The notes beneath the pieces were generated by a model that worked only from the letters and a program-made list of their open reading frames with translations, had not been told where the DNA came from and ran no database searches. The translations under genes were made by a program, and so were the position numbers. Below are positions 57,675 to 64,000 of a DNA stretch of 64,000 bases, in pieces (position 1 is the first letter of the stretch; each line of letters begins with the position of its first letter). Source of the DNA: Nitrospirota bacterium (lineage in GTDB: Bacteria > Nitrospirota > UBA9217); assembly GCA_963741205.1 (NCBI GenBank), contig CAVUHW010000018.1:1-64000 (forward strand), given 5' to 3'.

Positions 57675-59187
57675 TTATTGGTACTTTGCAATTCGCTCTC
57701 GGGAGTTTGCGTACCAGCCCACGGGAATATTGAACGCGATATGCGTACCCTTTCCCTGCTCGCTCCAGACTGACAGGCCCCCCCCCAGCATGCTGACCCG
57801 CTCCTCCATGCTCACCAATCCCAGGCCCCTGACAGTCGCACCCCGGGCGTTGACCTCCGTCTTCTCGAACCCTTTCCCGTCGTCTTCGATGATGACAGTG
57901 ACGCTCCCCCGGCCACTTCCGATGGCCAGTCTGGCGCTTCCGGCCCCGGAATGCTTTACAATGTTCGTGAGGGCCTCCTGCACGATCCGGTAGATGCTCG
58001 TTTGTGCCTCCTTGGAAAGAAGAGGATCGACGTCCTTTATGTTTAGGGTGAGCCGTATGCCGTAGGCTCTTCGTAAAGTCGTCGGCCAGCAACTTGAGCG
58101 CCCGCGTGAGGCCGAGATCTTCAAGAATGAGCGGGCACAGGTCCCGCGAAAGCCTGCGCACGTTTTCGATGACCGTATTGATATACTTCAGGGTGCTCTC
58201 GCACTCCCCGCGGAGCGCGCCCTGATCTTCCCGTAATTGTTTTTCGAACGGATCGCAGTTGGAATTTCATAAGGGTCAGGGACTGCCCCAGATCATCATG
58301 GAGTTCCCGGGAAACCTTTTTCCGTTCCTCTTCCTGGGCCGAGAGAAGCCTCGAAGAGAGGTACCGGAGCTGTGTCTGCGAGTCCTTCAGCGCCGTCTCT
58401 GTCTGTACGCGCTCGGCGATTTCAAGCGTGAGTCTCGCATTCGACGAGGTCAGTTCCTTCGTCCGCGCGTCAACCAGTTCAGTCAGGTGTTCGCGGTGGC
58501 CCTTCAATTCTTCAGCCTGGGACAGGAGCTTTTGGTTGGCCAAAAGCAGAGCATCCTCCGAAGCCTTGCGCCGCTGCTCCCTGTACAGGAGACCCCATGC
58601 CGCGCTGATCACGATAAACATCCAGACAAGGACAATGCCCACAAAGAGTTGGCCCGACTGCCGTTGATTTCTGACCAGATCGGCCTGGACGCTATCTTCC
58701 AGTTCCCTGGCCTGCTTCAGGATTGTACCAAAGATATCGTCAAACCTCTGGTCAAGTTCCGAGCCGATCCCCGCCTTTTCGGGTTGTTGCTGCCTCACAA
58801 GTGCCAGCGCTTTAAAGCTTTTCAGAAGAGTCTGAATGCCCTCCGCCTGCCTCCTCTGGTCCGCATCTTTAAGAGGCTGCGGGATCCGGCCATGTTCTGA
58901 TTCGCCGCCAATCGAGAAGGGTATTGCAAAGCGTGACTGCCCGCGTCATAGTCTTCCCAGGCCTTCTTCATGTCTATATTCGTGTCACCCGCAAGGGCCT
59001 CCTCGAACCAGAGATGGAAGGTCGAAGTGTGTATTTGCACATCCATGATTGCATCGATCATCAAATAATTGTTGCGCTGCTTTTCGTGGATACGGTCGGT
59101 CCAGAGGAGCAAGACAGCCGCAAGCGCTCCGAGCAGCAAAACGACGGCCGGCATCCAGTTCGGGTGTAACAACGTTTTCCGGATCAT
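57675..59187 (-). CDS. Membrane sensor histidine kinase (HisKA_3), frameshifted
   Basis: Periplasmic FHLWFEE domain; QEEERKKVSRELHDDLGQ; QEALTNIVKHS; EDDGKGF; GLGLVSMEERV. Confidence 0.92.
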
Positions 59188-59298
59188 AGGTCGATCCCCA
59201 TTTTCTTCATGACAAGCTGATGCCAGGACTTATTCATCTTTTACGTTGACTTCTTCTTGGAACTATCTTAAGGCGCTATAACTCAATAGTCCTTCGCA

Positions 59299-59313
59299 GC
59301 AAAGCTTATGCCA
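59299..59313 (-). promoter_or_regulatory. Sigma-54 promoter, class II
   Basis: TGGCAT-AAGCT-TTGC. Confidence 0.85.
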
Positions 59314-59387
59314 GAAGTGATTGATATAAATGTATATTAAAAAACAGCTAGTTATAATAGCTGAAAAAACAAAAAAACACACAACAC

Positions 59388-59414
59388 GTTCACTATGGGC
59401 CGGTCAATTTGAAT
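59388..59414. promoter_or_regulatory. Class II tandem enhancer site
   Basis: GTTCA-CTA-TGGGC c GGTCA-ATT-TGAAT, starting 75 bp from the -24 box. Confidence 0.7.
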
Positions 59415-59428
59415 GAGTCATTCAATTC

Positions 59429-60808
59429 TTACTGTCGTTTTATGATCTCTCGCGCCGCAACGATTCCCGAAATAGACGCCTGAACAAGCCCTCTCGTAAT
59501 CCCCGCCCCATCCCCGACGGCGAACAGGTTTTTAACCTCTGTTTCGAGAACGCCGTTCAGCTTCAGTCTCATTGAATAAAACTTCACTTCCACTCCGTAC
59601 AGGAGGGTATCGCCGGAATTCACGCCGGGGGCGACGTTATCGAGGACCTCGAGCATTTCGGTGATATTGTGGAGATGACGGTAGGGAAGGACGAAACTCA
59701 GGTCCCCCGGCGTCGCATCTTCGAGCGTAGGCCGTACCGAGCCGTCGGCAATGCGTCCGTGCGTGGAGCGCCTTCCCATTTTGAGGTCGCCGAGCCGCTG
59801 GAGGATCACTCCCCTGCCGATGAGGTTCGCCAAACCCGCGATGTACTTGCCGTATGATATGGGATCATCAAAGGGCTCGGTAAAGTCCGTGCTCACGAGA
59901 AGCGCGAAGTTCGTATTCTCCGTCCTGCGGTTTCTGTAGCTGTGGCCGTTCACGCTGTAAATGCCCTCGCTGTATTCCTTCACCACTTCACCGAAGGGGT
60001 TCATGCAGAAGGTGCGCACCTTGTCGCGGAATCGCTTTGTGGAATAGAGAAACTTTCCTTCATATGCCGCGTCGGTGATCTCTCTCATGACCGTCGCCGG
60101 AAGTTCAACCCGCACGCCGATGTCAACGGGGTTCTTTTGGAGCGAAAGCCCTACCCGCTTTGCCTCGGCGGAAAGCCATGAAGACCCTTCCCTGCCGACC
60201 GCGATGACGACGTATCGCGCTTCATAGGTGTCTCCGCGATCGGTCGTTACTCCGGAAACAGTGCCGTTCTGCGACGCGATGAGACGAACGGACGTGTCAA
60301 AGAGAACGTCCGCCTTGCCATTCAGTTCGTCCTTGAGGTTCTGCAAAACCTCTTTGCAGAGGTCGGTGCCGATATGCCTGATCCGCGCCGGGATCAAATC
60401 GAGGTTGTATCCTGCAGCCTTTTTCTTGAGATGGGACAAGGCTGCGCTGTTTTCGCCATGCACATTGCCCCCGGCGCCGAAAGAACAGTATATCGAATCC
60501 ACATAATCGATGAAGGATAGGAGGTCTTCCGCAGGGAGATACTCTTTAAGCCGGCCGCCGAAATCAGGAGTGAGCGTGAGTTTGCCGTCGCTGTAAGCGC
60601 CCGCGCCTCCCCAGCCGCAGAGGATGCTGCAAAGCCCGCATTGTACGCAGGATGTCGATGATTCAATCATGGGGCAGGCGCGGTGCTCGAGATCGCCGCC
60701 CTTTTCAATCATCAGAATTTTGAAGTGATTTTTTTTGGTGAGTTCGAGGGCCGTGAAGATGCCCGCCGGGCCCGAGCCGATGATGATGACATCGTAGGAG
60801 GAAGGCAT
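59429..60808 (-). CDS. NAD(P)/FAD-dependent oxidoreductase (COG2509-like) with a Cys cluster
   Basis: IIGSGPAG; CP...CVQCGLC; GGAGAYSDGKL; VRTFCMNP; GDGAGITRG; intact 459 aa ORF. Confidence 0.9.
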   Translation of the reverse strand: MPSSYDVIIIGSGPAGIFTALELTKKNHFKILMIEKGGDLEHRACPMIESSTSCVQCGLCSILCGWGGAGAYSDGKLTLTPDFGGRLKEYLPAEDLLSFIDYVDSIYCSFGAGGNVHGENSAALSHLKKKAAGYNLDLIPARIRHIGTDLCKEVLQNLKDELNGKADVLFDTSVRLIASQNGTVSGVTTDRGDTYEARYVVIAVGREGSSWLSAEAKRVGLSLQKNPVDIGVRVELPATVMREITDAAYEGKFLYSTKRFRDKVRTFCMNPFGEVVKEYSEGIYSVNGHSYRNRRTENTNFALLVSTDFTEPFDDPISYGKYIAGLANLIGRGVILQRLGDLKMGRRSTHGRIADGSVRPTLEDATPGDLSFVLPYRHLHNITEMLEVLDNVAPGVNSGDTLLYGVEVKFYSMRLKLNGVLETEVKNLFAVGDGAGITRGLVQASISGIVAAREIIKRQ

Positions 60809-60837
60809 GGTTTTATTCTACCATGGAATGCGTGACA

Positions 60838-61045
60838 ATGGACGAGAGACAGAAGGGACGACGGACGAGGGATGACGGACGAGGGATGACGGACGAGGGA
60901 CGAAGGTCGAGAGATGCAGGAAGCAAACGCTTTTTCGTCCATCGTCCTAGCGAACGAAGTGAGCGGTAGTCCATCATCCCTCATACATTATCTGTCCGTC
61001 GTCCACCGTCCGAGGGAGCGAAGCGAACGCTCGTCCTTCGTCCCT
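60838..61045. repeat. 7/14-nt tandem repeats with inverted counterpart
   Basis: GACGGACGAGGGAT occurs about three times in tandem, followed by CGTCC-rich complementary units and two GAGCGAA-type motifs. Confidence 0.65.
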
Positions 61046-61062
61046 GTCTTTTTTCGGCCCCC

Positions 61063-61518
61063 TCATTTGCGCGTCCGCAGGAAATTGACCAGACTCCACC
61101 TTTCCTCGGGCTCAAGCTTGTCCTGAAAGGCGGGCATGCGGCCGAAACCGAAGGTGACGGCCTTGAAGATGGTCGAGTCACTGAGGCCCTGCACCATGTC
61201 ATGGTCGAGGCCGGGCGGGGGCGGAACAAGCTTCTTGCCGACCGGACCGCGTTCCGCCGAGGTCTGGCCGTGGCACATGGCGCAGTTGATGTCGAAAAGC
61301 GCTTTCCCCAGGGCCAAAGACCCGGCGTCCGGCTTGACGGGATTCTTCAGCTCCATTTCCTGTGATACGATCTCCTTGCCCGAAACCGGCACGGCATCGG
61401 CCGGCGGGGACAGGACCGGCGCTTTGTACGGTTTATAAGACTGCTGGTCGTCCATCCAGATCGCCGCCATGAGCAAAGGCGCAGCGGCCAGTATGATCAG
61501 GCGAGCAATATATTTCAT
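61063..61518 (-). CDS. actE: Monoheme cytochrome c, ActE-like
   Basis: MDDQQSYKPY, CAMCHG, GRMPAF, ERWSLVNFLR; follows DUF3341. Confidence 0.8.
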   Translation of the reverse strand: MKYIARLIILAAAPLLMAAIWMDDQQSYKPYKAPVLSPPADAVPVSGKEIVSQEMELKNPVKPDAGSLALGKALFDINCAMCHGQTSAERGPVGKKLVPPPPGLDHDMVQGLSDSTIFKAVTFGFGRMPAFQDKLEPEERWSLVNFLRTRK

Positions 61519-62024
61519 AGCGCAGCCTCCGTAGTGATTCGCAACGCACCTGCATCCTGCATGATCTTCTCGGCCCGGCTGCTCTCCCACGTAGAGGGAG
61601 TGAAAACGCTGATCCCGATGGAGCCTTCGCCGATTGACGGGTCGTATACGCGCGCGCTCCGGGGCGGGAGATTCATTTCGACAAACATGCCTATGATAGC
61701 TCCCAGAATGGCAAAAAGCATCGTGAGCTCGTAGGCGATGATGCTGGTCGGGAAATAGGCGATGATCGGCTTGTCGCCCGTCTGGACCGGATACAGATAA
61801 GCAGTCCCTGCCGCCAGAAGAAAACCTGCACAGGCGCCGAAGATGCCGCCTGCCAGGGAGACCCGGCGAAACCGGGTGCGCTGGTCGGTCTTTACGATCA
61901 CACCGTCGGGATAGGGAACGGAGGTGAGCGACGTGATCGTCTTCTCAGAAAACCCCGCCTTGACCAGGCTGTCAACTGCCTTCGCTGCAGCCTGAACGTC
62001 TATGAATGTTCCGAGTGTTTCCAT
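61515..62024 (-). CDS. actD: DUF3341 membrane protein, ActD-like
   Basis: Two TM helices; YPVQTGDKP; AYELTMLF. Confidence 0.8.
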   Translation of the reverse strand: METLGTFIDVQAAAKAVDSLVKAGFSEKTITSLTSVPYPDGVIVKTDQRTRFRRVSLAGGIFGACAGFLLAAGTAYLYPVQTGDKPIIAYFPTSIIAYELTMLFAILGAIIGMFVEMNLPPRSARVYDPSIGEGSIGISVFTPSTWESSRAEKIMQDAGALRITTEAAL

Positions 62025-62036
62025 TCGTTCACCTCT

Positions 62037-62098
62037 TGCGCATAGCGCATAGAGCATGGCGTTTGAATCTTTTTTGCTATGCGCTTAGCGCTATGCGA
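62037..62098. repeat. Heptamer inverted repeat
   Basis: GCGCATA units facing GCTATGCG units. Confidence 0.6.
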
Positions 62099-62107
62099 TC
62101 TAACCGC

Positions 62108-63476
62108 TTACTCTTCTTCCGTAAGCGAATGCACTTCTGCCCGTCCGAGCCTGACATCGGCATGGCGGACCCCGAGTTCCCGCACATCGGTCACCGCCAC
62201 CATCGGGAAAAATTTTGCAAAAAGCGTATACATGAGCATGAACCCGGCGAAGGCAGCCGCGGTCACGGAAAGCTCCACCCACGAGGGAGAATAGGTGCCC
62301 CAGACGAAGGGCATGTTCTTATGAGAAAGCGACGGAATGATGATAAGGTAGCGTTCGATGAACATGCCCACGTTGACCAGGACGGTGATCGCGAGCATGG
62401 CTTTCACCGAACGCCTGATCTTCTTGAAGCAGAGGGCCGTGATGGGCAGCACGGCGTTGCCGATAAGCATAAGGATGAGCAGCGGCGTATATTTTCCTGC
62501 CATGAAGCTGAAGACCTCCCATTCGATCGGATGATGAGCGTACCACGTTGTCTGGACCTCGACGAAATAAGCATAGGCCCAGAGCAGGCAGATGACAAGC
62601 AGGAGCTTCCCCATGTTGTCGAAATGCAGCGGAGTGAGATAATCCTCCAGATGGAAAACCCTCCGGATGATGATCATGAGCGTGATGACCGCTGCAACGC
62701 CGGAGGTGATCGCGCCGATCACGAAGTAGGGAGGAAAGATCGTGCTGTGCCATCCCGGGACCACGGTGACGGCGAAGTCCCAGGCAACGATCGAATGCAC
62801 CGAGACGGCCACCGGGATGATGAGTGCCGCCATGAGCGTCGAGGCCTGGCGGAACACCACCCACTCCCGGGCCGTTCCCCGCCACCCCATGGCAAGGACG
62901 GCATAGATCTTTTTTCGCCAACCCGGAGGATCGGTCGCGGACCACGGCAAGGTCGGGAAGCATCCCCAGGTAGAGAAAGAGGCTGCTGCCGATGATATAG
63001 GTCGTGATCGCCGTCACATCCCACAAAAGCGGAGACCGGAAATTCGGCCAGAGCCCGCGCTGGTTGGGATAGGGCATGAAATAGTAGACGACCCAGTTGC
63101 GGCCCAGGTGAATGACCGGGAAGAGGCCGGCAACGGTGATGCTGAAAACGGTCATTGCCTCGGCGGCGCGCAGGATCGGTCTGCGCCAGTTGGCCTGGGA
63201 GAGGCGCAGGATAGCGGACACCATGGTCCCCGAATGGGAAAGGCCGACCCAGAAAACAAAATTGACGATGTAGATGCCCCACATGACCGGCCGGTCCAGG
63301 CCGGTTACGCTCAAGTCGGTCATCACCTGGTAGGTGAAGGCGGCGAGTCCCCACGCAACCACTGCCCCGAGGAAGAAGGCAAGCCCGTACCACTGCCAGG
63401 TCGGAGTGCGCATTGAGGAAAGCAGCTCGTCGTTAAGCTGTCCAGCGCTTTTTTCAGCGATTGCATGTTCAGACAT
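62108..63476 (-). CDS. actC: NrfD-family quinol-binding subunit, ActC-like; frameshift near 62950
   Basis: WGIYIVNFVFWVGLSHSGT, HLGR, NFRSPLLWD, SVHSIVAWDF, GWHSTIFPPYFV. Confidence 0.9.
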
Positions 63477-63498
63477 ATGAATAACCTCAGATTCAATC

Positions 63499-63579
63499 TG
63501 TCATTCCTGCGGAAGCAGGAATCCATTTTGAAGATTATTTGATAAAAGCCATTGGATACCTGCTTTCGCAGGTATGACA
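63499..63579. repeat. ~81-bp MITE/REP-like element, copy 2
   Basis: The reverse complement aligns end to end with 46296-46377. Confidence 0.8.
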
Positions 63580-63604
63580 AGCAATGAATTCGCTGTCAAT
63601 TGCC

Positions 63605-64000
63605 TCAGACATGCTCGCGTCCCCCTCCCTTGAGATAGGTGATCGACGGATGCGTGCCCAGGTGTTCCAGGAGCCGGAAGCCGCGCGGACTGCGGGAGAG
63701 CCTGCTGACCTGGCTCCGGGGGTCGGCAATGTTGCCGAAGACCAGGGCATCAGCGGGGCAGGTCTGGGCGCAGGCAGGCTGCACCTCGCCGTCCCTGATC
63801 AGCCGTCCTTCGGCCTTGGCCTCTTCCTTGGCCCGCCGGATGCGCTGGATGCAGAAGGAGCACTTTTCCATCACCCCGCGGCTGCGCACGGTGACGTCCG
63901 GGCTTAACTGGTTGTTGAGCGGGGACGGCCAGGCATGCTCATGATCGTAGAAGTTGAAGACCCGCACGGCGTAAGGGCAGTTGTTGCCGCAGTAACGGGT
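63605..64000 (-). CDS. actB: 4Fe-4S subunit, ActB-like (C-terminal part; runs off the window)
   Basis: RYCGNNCPY, RSRGVMEKCSFCIQRI, PACAQTCP. Confidence 0.88.
   Translation of the reverse strand, partial: TRYCGNNCPYAVRVFNFYDHEHAWPSPLNNQLSPDVTVRSRGVMEKCSFCIQRIRRAKEEAKAEGRLIRDGEVQPACAQTCPADALVFGNIADPRSQVSRLSRSPRGFRLLEHLGTHPSITYLKGGGREHV

Noticed and set aside
60838-61045. CRISPR array
   Set aside because: The 7/14-nt tandem units have no unique spacers and there are no cas genes.
63535-63612. Small CHTC peptide between actB and actC
   Set aside because: The ORF reads through the palindromic repeat, so the Cys motif is incidental.
1-64000. Mass pseudogenisation or programmed frameshifting
   Set aside because: Indels affect most genes regardless of function while catalytic motifs stay intact, which fits long-read consensus error.

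Overview
The window looks like two unrelated genome pieces joined at about 35,210. It is riddled with single-base frameshifts, most likely long-read consensus errors, so most genes are split across several ORFs in the track. The left part (1-35,210) resembles an Acidobacteriota-type heterotroph (inference from gene content). It carries SnoaL, two MFS plus FAD-oxidoreductase pairs, a carboxylesterase, a HisKA_3/NarL pair, porins and an OPT transporter. It also has a sigma-54 nitrogen locus (Amt, APC permease, PP2C-Ser/Thr kinase fusion, BBP2 porin), an EXORDIUM-like protein, apaG, an S1/P1 nuclease and a truncated PQQ dehydrogenase. Two genes there are probable selenoproteins: a DsbA-like protein with UPYC and a BCP peroxiredoxin with TPGU. 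The right part (35,211-64,000) resembles Nitrospirota or Desulfobacterota (inference) and is almost all on the minus strand. It holds an ACIII-like operon, an FAD oxidoreductase and a ~24 kb sigma-54-controlled locus. That locus has two sensor kinases with paralogous input domains, two enhancer-binding proteins, two NarL regulators, a tnpB element, two paralogous Ig-like surface proteins, CHRD and RCC1 proteins, a lipoprotein and three multicopper-oxidase-like genes. The best candidate for an undescribed system is a heteromeric 'split' two-domain multicopper oxidase, in which neither subunit alone has a full copper-ligand set but the two are exactly complementary. Also notable are surface proteins whose last FN3-like domain is interrupted by an internal lipoprotein signal, and five sigma-54 promoters that fall into two classes with distinct enhancers at fixed spacing.
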